This document shows, piece by piece, positions 15,128 through 23,320 of a stretch of DNA of 40,171 nt. The DNA comes from Anaerolineae bacterium. GTDB lineage: Bacteria > Chloroflexota > Anaerolineae > JBHIDP01. The position numbers and the translations under genes are program-made. The notes beneath the pieces are model-generated. The model made no database searches. It saw only the letters and a program-made list of their open reading frames with translations, and had not been told where the DNA came from. Within the stretch, counting starts at the first letter, position 1. Every line of letters begins with the position of its first letter. The stretch covers positions 1-40,171 of the forward strand of contig JBHIDP010000001.1 of NCBI GenBank assembly GCA_046760185.1. The letters are read 5' to 3'.

Positions 15128-16189
15128 ATGAGCAGGATAGCCCGTTTTTTGGTCATAGCCATCTTGGTGGGAGTGCATTTCATTTTTGTTTCATCAAGCG
15201 TTGCCCAATGTCTCAGTCAATACTTCCCCGAGACCGGCCATAACGTACGTGGGGAGTTCTTCCAGTTCTACTTTGCCCACGGGGGACTGGATATCTTCGG
15301 CTATCCCCTCACCGAGGAATTCTTCCAGAACGGCCTGAAAGTTCAGTTCTTCCAGAGGGGAGTCATGGAATGGCATCCCCAAAACCCTGATCCCTACAAG
15401 GTGCAGTTGGCCCTCCTGGGGGATTTGATGGGGCACCGTGAGGACCCTATACCGGAAGGGGCAATCCCCCACAACGATCCCCACAGGCGTTACTTTCCTC
15501 AGACCGGTCATACCATTTCCGGTCCCTTTCTCACCTTCTTCGAGCAGTATGGAGGGATAGACATCTTCGGCTACCCCATCAGCGAGATTCGCATGGAGGG
15601 TGGTTTCAGTGTGCAGTATTTCCAGAGGGCTCGCATGGAGTGGCATCCGGAGAATCCTGAGCCATATCGGATGCAGTTGGGTTTGCTGGGGAGCGCCTAC
15701 GCGCAGCAGATCGGCCTTAGCCCTGAACTGCTGAAAGCTGCACCGCCCGAAGTACTCCCTCCTTGTACGCCTACGCCTGGGCCGACGTCACCCTCTGACA
15801 AGACCCCTATACCTATAACTATACTTACACCTTCAGCCACACCTACATTTACGCCTACACCTACCGTAACTCCCCGCCCACTGCAGAAGCTCTTGGTGAC
15901 CGCCTCAGTGAAGTACCGCACCACCGCTGGGGAAGGCATGCAGAGGGTCTATGTGCGCGTGACCGATGAAGAGGGGCAGGCAGTGGAAGGGGCCCAGGTA
16001 TGGCTGGTGATTCATTTCTTTAGCGGGGATCGCTCCCTTGGGCCACTTTCCACCGACAGGAACGGTACAGCAATCTTTGATTTCCCCGTCAGCAGTTACA
16101 CACGCGGTTACATCGTTGTTATTGATGTTAGAGTCGAGTACAATGGGTTGACAGGGACAGCTCAGACCGCCTTCTTGGAGTGGTACTGA
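15128..16189 (+). CDS. Secreted protein: signal peptide, two LGFP-like repeats, Pro/Thr linker, C-terminal beta-sandwich-like module
   Basis: Signal peptide MSRIARFLVIAILVGVHFIFVSSSVAQC. An internal ~70-aa repeat occurs twice (GH..G.F..F....GG.DIFGYP..E......VQ.FQR..MEWHP.NP.PY..QL.LLG). The linker is PTPGPTSPSDKTPIPITILTPSATPTFTPTPTVTP. The last ~100 aa are duplicated at 34756-35061. Confidence 0.75.
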   Translation: MSRIARFLVIAILVGVHFIFVSSSVAQCLSQYFPETGHNVRGEFFQFYFAHGGLDIFGYPLTEEFFQNGLKVQFFQRGVMEWHPQNPDPYKVQLALLGDLMGHREDPIPEGAIPHNDPHRRYFPQTGHTISGPFLTFFEQYGGIDIFGYPISEIRMEGGFSVQYFQRARMEWHPENPEPYRMQLGLLGSAYAQQIGLSPELLKAAPPEVLPPCTPTPGPTSPSDKTPIPITILTPSATPTFTPTPTVTPRPLQKLLVTASVKYRTTAGEGMQRVYVRVTDEEGQAVEGAQVWLVIHFFSGDRSLGPLSTDRNGTAIFDFPVSSYTRGYIVVIDVRVEYNGLTGTAQTAFLEWY

Positions 16190-16223
16190 ACTGGGATGGT
16201 CGCAAACGAAGACCAAAGATTTG

Positions 16224-16248
16224 CCCCCGCCTCCTGGCGGGGTTTTTT
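16224..16248 (+). terminator. Rho-independent terminator
   Basis: Stem cccccgcc/ggcgggg with loop tcct, followed by tttttt. Confidence 0.8.
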
Positions 16249-16447
16249 ATTCCAGGTCTATTATCCAGACGCAAAGGCCAGCCAGTACGATGGTGCTGAC
16301 GACCAGGGCCAGCCGCTGCGAGGGTAGAAGGTCCACATCCTTGGATGAAAGCAGAAGCATGATCACCATGCCCACAGCTAGAATCAACCAGGCAGCCAGA
16401 CGTGGACGCTTTTCGAAAAAATCCCGAATGGTTGACAATCTTTTCAT
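16247..16447 (-). CDS. Small membrane protein with two predicted TM helices, unknown function
   Basis: 66 aa with two hydrophobic stretches (LAAWLILAVGMVIMLLL, LALVVSTIVLAGLCVWII). GAGGAG Shine-Dalgarno 5-6 nt upstream of the ATG. Confidence 0.55.
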   Translation of the reverse strand: MKRLSTIRDFFEKRPRLAAWLILAVGMVIMLLLSSKDVDLLPSQRLALVVSTIVLAGLCVWIIDLE

Positions 16448-16460
16448 CTTTCTCCTCGCA

Positions 16461-16543
16461 GTACTCGTGCAATAATAACTTTTCTCTTTTGATCACTTCT
16501 ACAAGGGCAAGGGGCCATAGGGATACTACTTCTGCACGAGTGC
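16461..16543 (-). mobile_element. MITE-like element, copy B (inverted relative to copy A at 5714-5825, without the nested insertion)
   Basis: Ends are gtactcgtgca (16461-16471) and tgcacgagtgc (16533-16543). The reverse complement aligns with copy A at 24/26 and 43/50 positions on either side of the indel. Confidence 0.7.
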
Positions 16544-16555
16544 ACAGGGAGCAAA

Positions 16556-17632
16556 CTACTTGGGCCAGCGCAGCCTCTTGACCAGTAGACGATCGCCCTC
16601 TTTCAGGCACTCAAGGGCCACCTCTCGCCAGACCCTGTTTAACTCCTCCAACCTCTCTGGCGCATATCCTCTCTCGGCAAACAGTTGCATGGCCTCCACT
16701 GGAGTACCTGGGTCGGCAAAGAGGAGGGCTACCTCACAGAGGAGGGTTTTGGCCTCCTTCTCGATCGTTTCCAGCAGGAGGGAGCCGACATGGGGCCATT
16801 GATCCCGGTCCCTGACGTGAAAGTCCTTGATGCAGGCTACCAGGTTCATCGCCTGCCAGCAGATGGTGCCCAGGAAGTGGTCGTTGCTGGCCACCAGATA
16901 CCCCCATTCCAAGAATCGTGCCAATAACTCCTCTTGGTCAACCGCCTCTTCCTTGGCCCGGGTGCGATTAATCAACTGAGCTATGGCTGGCAAGTCCTCC
17001 TTCCTGGCCCGTCTGATCTGTATCTCCTCCGGCCGCCCATGGGCCAGCCGTTTTTCTATCTTTCGCCACTGCACCTGAACCTGTCGCCATGTTTCGAGGG
17101 GGGTACGGCTGTTGTCAATGATCACGTCGGCCAGTTTGATCTTCCCCGTGGCTGGCGGCTGGGCCTCAATACGTTGTCTCGCTTCCGATTCGGTGAGCCG
17201 ACCCATTTTCACCAATCGCTTCAGTTGTTGGTCCGGCGAGCAGGTGACGACCCAGAGGGCATCACAACGTTGGTGGAGACCGGCCTCGATGAGTTTGATG
17301 GCCTCGATGACGGCCACTGCGCTGCTGACCTGTTGCAATCTCTCTTCCAACTTCTGGCCCACAGCCGGGTGAACGATTTCTTCCAGACACTGCAGTTTTT
17401 CACGGTCAGCGAACACGATACTGCCTAACTTCCTGCGATCTATCTCTCCATCAGGTCCCAGCATATCTTGACCGAAGGTCTGCACTACTTCGTGGTAGGC
17501 CGGTGTTCCCTTCTGCATAACCTCATGAGCCAGGAGGTCGGCATCAATCACGTCGGCTCCCAACTCTTTCAACATCCTGAGCACTGTGCTCTTGCCCGTG
17601 GCGATGTTGCCTGTCAGGCCGATGAGATACAT
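16556..17632 (-). CDS. coaE: Dephospho-CoA kinase fused to a C-terminal GNAT-like domain
   Basis: From ATG 17632: MYLIGLTGNIATGKSTV P-loop and a CoaE core of about 195 aa. A further ~160 aa (IQIRRARKEDLPAIAQLI...GTICWQAMNLVACIKDFHV...LLLETIEKEAK) look GNAT-like. GGGGGAG Shine-Dalgarno. Confidence 0.8.
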   Translation of the reverse strand: MYLIGLTGNIATGKSTVLRMLKELGADVIDADLLAHEVMQKGTPAYHEVVQTFGQDMLGPDGEIDRRKLGSIVFADREKLQCLEEIVHPAVGQKLEERLQQVSSAVAVIEAIKLIEAGLHQRCDALWVVTCSPDQQLKRLVKMGRLTESEARQRIEAQPPATGKIKLADVIIDNSRTPLETWRQVQVQWRKIEKRLAHGRPEEIQIRRARKEDLPAIAQLINRTRAKEEAVDQEELLARFLEWGYLVASNDHFLGTICWQAMNLVACIKDFHVRDRDQWPHVGSLLLETIEKEAKTLLCEVALLFADPGTPVEAMQLFAERGYAPERLEELNRVWREVALECLKEGDRLLVKRLRWPK

Positions 17633-17677
17633 CAGACTTCTCCCCCGATGGCTCTCAATTATACCACACCCGCTCAG

Positions 17678-17706
17678 TGGAAACAAAGTCGGTTTTGAGG
17701 TATAAT
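17678..17706 (+). promoter_or_regulatory. Candidate promoter
   Basis: TGGAAA (17678-17683), 17-bp spacer, TATAAT (17701-17706). Confidence 0.4.
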
Positions 17707-17735
17707 AGCGTCAAATAGACAGAGCGAGCGGCATT

Positions 17736-18137
17736 ATGGATGATTTGGGTGGGAGATTGTTCATAACCCACCGGGGTGCGTTGGTCATATCTTTTCTTCT
17801 GGCAGTCTTGTGCTGGTTGGGGTTATGGTATCTGGTAACCAGCACTGATCCTGTGCTTATCAACCGTCTGCTTTTTCTCCTTCTCCTTTCTCTGGCTGTC
17901 CTCACTACCCTTACACCGGCTGTCTACTACCTCAGCTTGCGCTTCTCAGCGCAGGAGCCGTATGAAGGGCGCCTGGTGCGCTCCCTGCGGGAGGCCAGCT
18001 TCTTGGCCCTTTTCGTGGCTGTCTGCGCCTGGCTGCGCATGATCAGGGTTCTCAATCTGGTGAACGGTGCCCTGCTGCTGGGCACTCTGGTCCTGGCGGA
18101 GACCTTCATCCTTGTCAGGGGGATTGGTACGGAATAG
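17736..18137 (+). CDS. Hypothetical integral membrane protein (about 4 TM helices)
   Basis: 133 aa with four hydrophobic segments. I recognise no motif. Confidence 0.5.
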   Translation: MDDLGGRLFITHRGALVISFLLAVLCWLGLWYLVTSTDPVLINRLLFLLLLSLAVLTTLTPAVYYLSLRFSAQEPYEGRLVRSLREASFLALFVAVCAWLRMIRVLNLVNGALLLGTLVLAETFILVRGIGTE

Positions 18138-18289
18138 AGAGCCAAGCGCTGACTCGGGCCTGAGGGAAGAAAGCAAGATGGTGGCTGAGGGTGGTGCGGG
18201 GAAATTCGAGAGAAAATAAAAGAAGCGGTACCTACCTGGACACCCCCTCGACTTAGACCCGCTCAGCGGGGAACATCGAGGAACCCACA

Positions 18290-18384
18290 ACCCTTGCGAA
18301 GGTTGCAAATAAGCTTAGCAAGGGCGCTGTCTCCCTACCCAAAGCCGATTTCGAGCGAAACCGCCTAGAAACCTTCGCAAGGGT
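18290..18384. repeat. 95-nt long-stem hairpin element (family shared with 22519-22612)
   Basis: Perfect 15-bp inverted repeat: acccttgcgaaggtt (18290-18304) with aaccttcgcaagggt (18370-18384). AAGCTT occupies loop positions 7-12, exactly as in the 22.5-kb copy. Confidence 0.7.
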
Positions 18385-18449
18385 GAGATGACCTGAATAG
18401 CAAGCCGGAGAGATGGGGGACCTCTCCATTCAAGAAGGAGGTTTGTCGC

Positions 18450-18905
18450 ATGATTGAGGGCGTCAAGGTGCGTCAATTGAAAGTCATCCCTGACGAACGG
18501 GGGTATCTGATGGAGATGCTCCGCTCCGACTGGGAGGAGTACGAGCGGTTCGGACAGGTTTACATCACCGCCGTCTATCCCGGCGTGGTTAAGGCCTGGC
18601 ATTATCACAAGCTTCAGACAGATCACTTCATCTGCGTCCATGGGATGGCCAAGGTGGTCCTCTACGATGGGCGTAAGGATTCAGCGACGTACAACGAAAT
18701 CAATGAGTTCTTTATGGGGGAGCTGAACCCTATTCTCCTCAAAATACCTCCGTTAGTCATGCATGGTTTCAAGGGGATCAGCGACGAGGTGGCTCTCATC
18801 GTCAACGTGCCCACAGAGCTATACAACTACACCCAACCTGATGAGTACCGGCTGCCGCCGCATACTGATGAAATCCCCTATGACTGGGCCAGGAAAGATG
18901 GTTAG
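18450..18905 (+). CDS. dTDP-4-dehydrorhamnose 3,5-epimerase-related cupin (short RmlC-like form)
   Basis: 151 aa. IPDERGYLMEM...GQVYITAVYPGVVKAWHYHKLQTDHFICVHGMAKVVLYD resembles the RmlC/WxcM-like cupin core. Strong AAGGAGG Shine-Dalgarno. Confidence 0.7.
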   Translation: MIEGVKVRQLKVIPDERGYLMEMLRSDWEEYERFGQVYITAVYPGVVKAWHYHKLQTDHFICVHGMAKVVLYDGRKDSATYNEINEFFMGELNPILLKIPPLVMHGFKGISDEVALIVNVPTELYNYTQPDEYRLPPHTDEIPYDWARKDG

Positions 18906-18930
18906 GCCAGGTAATGTCTCTATAAACACC

Positions 18931-18967
18931 GAAGCGCGCACCGGTTGAATAGTATGGTGCGCGCTTC
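18931..18967. terminator. Hairpin between convergent genes, possible bidirectional terminator
   Basis: Perfect 12-bp stem gaagcgcgcacc/ggtgcgcgcttc with a 13-nt loop. T-richness is only weak on either side. Confidence 0.5.
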
Positions 18968-19010
18968 GCCGTTATGGGAGGGGGTGAAACTATAGGGTTA
19001 TTTATCTCTG

Positions 19011-19724
19011 CTACGGCTTCTTCCCTTTTGAGCCCTTGCCGGGATGCTTAGACTGGTTACCATGCCCTTTCTTGCCAGTACCCTTCGTCTCCCCATCCTT
19101 ACCTTTTGCATTCCCTTTCCCCTTTGCCGCCTGGCTGACTGTCTGCCCTGGAGGGACCTTCCCTTTGGAGCCAGACTCCTCCTCATCCCCTTCTTCCTCG
19201 GTTTCCTCCCCTTCACCCTTTTGGGAATGAGCCTTCTCCCTGGCCGCCTCGCTGACTATCCGACCGGGAGTGGTCTCGCTTTTGCCCGGTGACCATTCCA
19301 GCACTTTCCTTATCTTGCCCCAACCCAGACCCTCTCCCCTCATGCTCAGAATATTATCCAGACCGGATCCGGTGGCATCGGCCATGAGCAGAAGGTAGAC
19401 CAGATTCCCGTAACCTATGCCCTGTTCGTGTACGGCCAGTACCTGCTCAGTTGTCAGGCCAAAGTAGGCGGCAATGGCCTGGGCCACGTGCCTGGTCCCT
19501 GAAGGTCCTTCATCATCGTCCTCCTCATCCCCTTCCGTATCGCCTGGGTTGCTCACACCGGTCAGCCCTTCGCTCCCAACGGCTGCCAGTGGTCCTGGGC
19601 TGATGCCCGGTTCCACGGAGGGAAAGCCACTCTGCGCAGCGTAGACCGGCAGACCGGTGGCAGCTAGAGAGATGGCTGCCATCAGAATTACAGCTAAGAA
19701 CCTGAACACCTTGAACCTCCTCAC
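19011..19724 (-). CDS. Secreted hypothetical protein with a Gly/Lys/Glu-rich low-complexity tail
   Basis: Signal peptide FRFLAVILMAAISLAATGLPVYA. The track's GTG 19724 reads GTGAGGAGG, which looks like a Shine-Dalgarno for GTG 19709, so the start may be 19709. Confidence 0.55.
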   Translation of the reverse strand: MRRFKVFRFLAVILMAAISLAATGLPVYAAQSGFPSVEPGISPGPLAAVGSEGLTGVSNPGDTEGDEEDDDEGPSGTRHVAQAIAAYFGLTTEQVLAVHEQGIGYGNLVYLLLMADATGSGLDNILSMRGEGLGWGKIRKVLEWSPGKSETTPGRIVSEAAREKAHSQKGEGEETEEEGDEEESGSKGKVPPGQTVSQAAKGKGNAKGKDGETKGTGKKGHGNQSKHPGKGSKGKKP

Positions 19725-19806
19725 TACTATCGTTTTGGTATGTCATTCAAATTGTACGATAGAACCATCGGTCCCGTCAATGGTACTCTTCTCCTAAATG
19801 AAGGGA

Positions 19807-19835
19807 TTGCCTTTTGATGTTTCATCCTGTATAAT
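19807..19835 (+). promoter_or_regulatory. Candidate promoter for the 19878-22459 operon
   Basis: TTGCCT (19807-19812), 17-bp spacer, TATAAT (19830-19835). Confidence 0.45.
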
Positions 19836-19877
19836 GGTGCAAGTTCCGAGCCGGGCGAACTATGGAGGAGGATTATC

Positions 19878-20903
19878 ATGGAAGGGGACAGGATCAAGGT
19901 TCTCTCCACCTTGATGTTCAGGGAAGAGTACTTGGATAAGTTGCAGGCGGTCTCGCCCCGGCTTTTTGTGGAACAGCGTTCATCATGGGATCCAACCGAT
20001 ATGGTCCCTTACCTGAAGGATGTGGAAGTGCTCTACACTTTCGGCCTTCCTCCCGACCTGCTTGAAAGCGCCCCAAAGCTGCGATGGGTTCAATTGCACA
20101 GCGCCGGCGTCAATCACATCCTCGACCATCCGATCATGGCCAGCGACATCCCGATCACAACCACCAGCGGCATCCATGCTGTGACCATCGCCGAGTATGT
20201 CTTCGCTTCCATCCTGGCCTTCACCCGCAGGGTGCCCCGTATGGTCTACTGGCAGGGGCAAGGCCGATGGCCGGAGGACAAGGACCGCTGGCCCCTCTTC
20301 GTCCCCGACGAGCTGTGGGGCAAGACCATCGGCATCGTCGGTTATGGCAGCATTGGCCGCCAGATAGCTAGACTGGCAAAGGCTTTTGGCATGAGGATAG
20401 TGGCCGCCAAGAAAGAGGCCAGCGATCGCCTGGACAGAGGATACCGACTGGAGGGGGTAGGTGACCCTGAAGGAAAGTTGCCGGACAGAATCTATCCCCC
20501 GGAACGGTTGCGGCCGATGTTGGCTGAATGTGATTTCGTGGTGGTATGCGTTCCGGTAACCAGGGCGACGGCCAAGCTCATTGGCGAGCCGGAGCTAAAG
20601 GCGATGAAACCCACTGCTTACCTGGTGAACGTTGCTCGCGGTGAGGTGGTAGATGAGCAGGGGTTGATAACAGCTTTGCAGGAAGGTTGGATAGCTGGAG
20701 CTGGTTTGGACGTGTTCGACCAGGAACCGTTGCCACCGAACAGTCCTCTCTATAACCTCGACAATGTGATCCTCTCCCCCCACGTGTCCGGCTTCACCCC
20801 CTACTACGATGAGCGGGCCAGCGACCTCTTTGCCGAGAATCTACGTCGCTATTTGGCCGGCGAAGAGTTGTTGAATCTGGTGAGCAAGGAGAGGGGATAC
20901 TGA
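19878..20903 (+). CDS. D-isomer-specific 2-hydroxyacid dehydrogenase family protein
   Basis: 341 aa. NAD site IGIVGYGSIGRQIARLAKAFGMRIVA and catalytic region VNVARGEVVDE...LSPHVSG. GGAGGAGG Shine-Dalgarno. Confidence 0.85.
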   Translation: MEGDRIKVLSTLMFREEYLDKLQAVSPRLFVEQRSSWDPTDMVPYLKDVEVLYTFGLPPDLLESAPKLRWVQLHSAGVNHILDHPIMASDIPITTTSGIHAVTIAEYVFASILAFTRRVPRMVYWQGQGRWPEDKDRWPLFVPDELWGKTIGIVGYGSIGRQIARLAKAFGMRIVAAKKEASDRLDRGYRLEGVGDPEGKLPDRIYPPERLRPMLAECDFVVVCVPVTRATAKLIGEPELKAMKPTAYLVNVARGEVVDEQGLITALQEGWIAGAGLDVFDQEPLPPNSPLYNLDNVILSPHVSGFTPYYDERASDLFAENLRRYLAGEELLNLVSKERGY

Positions 20904-20907
20904 GGAA

Positions 20908-21996
20908 ATGGAGGAAGTGGAAACCAATATCGTTCGTTTGCCTCAGATGGTGGAGAACCTGCCCTCTGCTGAGCGGAAGCTATTCCACCGTATCTTCCAC
21001 CTGAGCAGCACTACCGGCTACCTGAACCCTCCCCACTCAATGCATCCCTGGATCGAGGGTTACTTTGGTTCGGTGGAGGCAGTGCGTTCTCAGCGCATGG
21101 TCAAAGTGACCAATCTGATCACCATGGAGGGAGCCCTCTTCAACCAGTTGCGAGCCAGTCGGCCTATGGAGGTTAAGGAGGGAGGAGATCTCAAGGAGAT
21201 CATCATGGGGAACGTGGGAGACCCCTTCTGCAAGCCGACCGAGGGGACCCCGGAGGATGTCTTCGGCCGGCTGAAGGGGGAGCACTCTATCACCGCCAGC
21301 AACGTGGCCAAGTACGATGGTTTCCACGGCCTGGTCATTTTCGATGAGCACGATCCCCTCTCCTTCACCCTGGAGGGGGTCAGCGATGCTCTGGATACGG
21401 CTCTGGGTTGGTTTCAGGCTGCCCACCGCCAGGATGGGCAGGCTCGTTACCCCTTCTTCATGTGGAACTGTCTCTGGAAGAGCGGGGCCTCCATCCTGCA
21501 CGGCCATGCTCAGATGACCCTGACCCGTGACATGCACTATGCCAAAGTAGAGGGTTTGCGGCGGGCGGCCCTCGGTTATCAGGAACGTTACGGCTCAAAC
21601 TACTTCGAAGACCTGTACCAGGTGCACCAGGTTCTGGGTCTGGCCTTTGAAAGAGGAGACGTGCGGGTTGTGGTCTACCTGACTCCCATCAAGGAGAAGG
21701 AGACCCTCTTGATAGCGGAAAGGGTAGATGATGGTTTGAAAGAGGCAATCTTCCTCACCCTCCAGTGCTTCACCCAACGACTGGGGGTTTCAAGCTTCAA
21801 CCTGGCCATCTACCTGCCGCCCCTGGCCCCCGTAGACGAGGACTGGACCGGCTTTCCGGTCCTGGCGCGGCTCGTTGACCGTGGCGACCCTATGGTCGAT
21901 ACGGCGGACTTCGGGGCTATGGAGCTGTACGCCGCCAGCGTCGTCGCCAGCGATCCCTTCCGGGTGGTGGAGACCCTGCGTCAGTGCCTGGCATGA
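20908..21996 (+). CDS. GalT-branch HIT-superfamily nucleotidyltransferase/phosphorylase-like protein
   Basis: 362 aa. H-x-H-x-Q motif in GASILHGHAQ, preceded by ASNVAKYDGFHGLVIFDEH. Substrate unknown. Confidence 0.55.
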   Translation: MEEVETNIVRLPQMVENLPSAERKLFHRIFHLSSTTGYLNPPHSMHPWIEGYFGSVEAVRSQRMVKVTNLITMEGALFNQLRASRPMEVKEGGDLKEIIMGNVGDPFCKPTEGTPEDVFGRLKGEHSITASNVAKYDGFHGLVIFDEHDPLSFTLEGVSDALDTALGWFQAAHRQDGQARYPFFMWNCLWKSGASILHGHAQMTLTRDMHYAKVEGLRRAALGYQERYGSNYFEDLYQVHQVLGLAFERGDVRVVVYLTPIKEKETLLIAERVDDGLKEAIFLTLQCFTQRLGVSSFNLAIYLPPLAPVDEDWTGFPVLARLVDRGDPMVDTADFGAMELYAASVVASDPFRVVETLRQCLA

Positions 21997-22009
21997 GGGA
22001 TGATGTATT

Positions 22010-22459
22010 ATGCGCGCAGTCATACAGCGGGTTCGGCGCGGGAGTGTCTCGGTTGATGGCCAGACCCTTGGGAGCGTTGGGACTGGCCTGGTGGTTCTGA
22101 TCGGGGCCACCCACGGCGACACAAAGGCTCAGGCTGAGCAGTTGGCTCAGAAGACGGCCAATTTGCGCATCTTCGAGGATGATGCGGGCAAGATGAACCT
22201 CTCAGCCCTGGACGTGGGAGCCGGTATCCTGGTCATCTCTCAATTCACCCTCTACGCCGATTGTAGGCGGGGACGTCGGCCCAGCTTCACCGACGCAGCC
22301 CCGCCGGATGTGGCGGAGCCGCTGCTAGAACACTTTGTGGAAGCCCTTCGCCAGATCGGTGTGGCCAGGGTGGAAACAGGCGCCTTTGGGGCCCACATGC
22401 TGGTCGAGATCCACAATGATGGACCGGTGACCATCCTTCTGGACACAGAGGAGTTGTGA
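22010..22459 (+). CDS. dtd: D-aminoacyl-tRNA deacylase
   Basis: 149 aa. MRAVIQRV..., SQFTLYAD and the C-terminal NDGPVTILLD motif are characteristic of Dtd. Confidence 0.92.
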   Translation: MRAVIQRVRRGSVSVDGQTLGSVGTGLVVLIGATHGDTKAQAEQLAQKTANLRIFEDDAGKMNLSALDVGAGILVISQFTLYADCRRGRRPSFTDAAPPDVAEPLLEHFVEALRQIGVARVETGAFGAHMLVEIHNDGPVTILLDTEEL

Positions 22460-22518
22460 GCGGCCCGCTCTCAGTCTGAGGAGGAGCAGGCCCACTCTCT
22501 AGATGGTTGGGGCCGTCT

Positions 22519-22612
22519 ATCCTCCCGCAGGTTACAGCGAAGCTTTGGCACGATAGGTTTCCCAGGTCTAGAGAGACCTCAGGGTTATCACTCCTCGAAC
22601 CTGCGGGAGGAT
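22519..22612. repeat. 94-nt long-stem hairpin element (family shared with 18290-18384)
   Basis: Perfect 15-bp inverted repeat: atcctcccgcaggtt (22519-22533) with aacctgcgggaggat (22598-22612). The 5' arm matches the 18.3-kb copy at 11 of 15 positions and every difference is compensated in the 3' arm. AAGCTT sits at the same loop offset. Confidence 0.7.
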
Positions 22613-22800
22613 TTAACATTGTCGAGTTTACCGGTCGTAAGTAGCGAGAGGGGTTAGCTACTCCCTACACCTCTGTGTTTTACCCATATCTCGGCAAACT
22701 TATCTGAGGCCCTTCGGCGTGGGCCTCGCAAATGTGGGTAAAAGTCAGCCCCATAGCCTGGAATTTTGGCCCAAACCTCGGAGGTCTCAGCGAAGGAGGA

Positions 22801-23163
22801 TCATTTGGTCTTTCTAGACTTTCTCTTCCTGTAACGTCTACTGGTGGGGATGGCTCCCAGTTCCTCGTACTCCTCCGGCCGGAGAACCTTGACGTAGTCC
22901 ACACCGTGCTTTTTCAGCTCCTCCAGCATATCCAATATGATTCTAACACCGGCCAGATTGACACCCTTCACCTGGGTCAGGTAGCGCACAAACTGAACCT
23001 TGCGTAGATCATCCAGGGAGTAAAGTCGCCGGTTGCCGGGATTGCGGGTGGGCATCACCAACTTCTCTTGCTCGTAGATGCGCAAGGTGCGCGGATGTAC
23101 CCTCAGCAACTCAGCGGCTGCACCGATGAAGAGTACCGGCTTGGTGGGATCAATTGAAACCAT
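22801..23163 (-). CDS. MerR-family regulator, HspR-like (heat-shock repressor type)
   Basis: 120 aa. IGAAAELLRVHPRTLRIYEQEKLVMPTRNPGNRRLYSLDDLRKVQFVRYLTQVKGVNLAGVRIILDM closely resembles the HspR N-terminal HTH region. Confidence 0.75.
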   Translation of the reverse strand: MVSIDPTKPVLFIGAAAELLRVHPRTLRIYEQEKLVMPTRNPGNRRLYSLDDLRKVQFVRYLTQVKGVNLAGVRIILDMLEELKKHGVDYVKVLRPEEYEELGAIPTSRRYRKRKSRKTK

Positions 23164-23217
23164 GTTTTATCTCCTTCTCTTTCTTTATCTGCCTTTAACT
23201 TATTCCGCTTCCAGCGA

Positions 23218-23246
23218 AGTATAACATATCACAATTCTGTTGTCAA
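23218..23246 (-). promoter_or_regulatory. Sigma-70-type promoter for the HspR-like gene
   Basis: On the minus strand: TTGACA (23246-23241), 17-bp spacer, TATACT (23223-23218). Confidence 0.55.
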
Positions 23247-23281
23247 ACCACATACTTAACTCGATATTCCCAATTTAAGTT

Positions 23282-23310
23282 TTGACAGCAGGAGTATGAT
23301 GTGCTAAAAT
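23282..23310 (+). promoter_or_regulatory. Sigma-70-type promoter for the DksA/TraR-like gene
   Basis: TTGACA (23282-23287), 17-bp spacer, extended -10 TGcTAAAAT (23302-23310). ATG 23321 follows 10 nt later. Confidence 0.6.
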
Positions 23311-23320
23311 AAATAGCAAG

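Noticed and set aside
23254-23280. Canonical HAIR operator (CTTGAGT-N7-ACTCAAG) for the HspR-like regulator
   Set aside because: Only ACTTAA-N15-TTAAGT is present, so both sequence and spacing differ from the HAIR consensus. I kept it only as a weak candidate operator.
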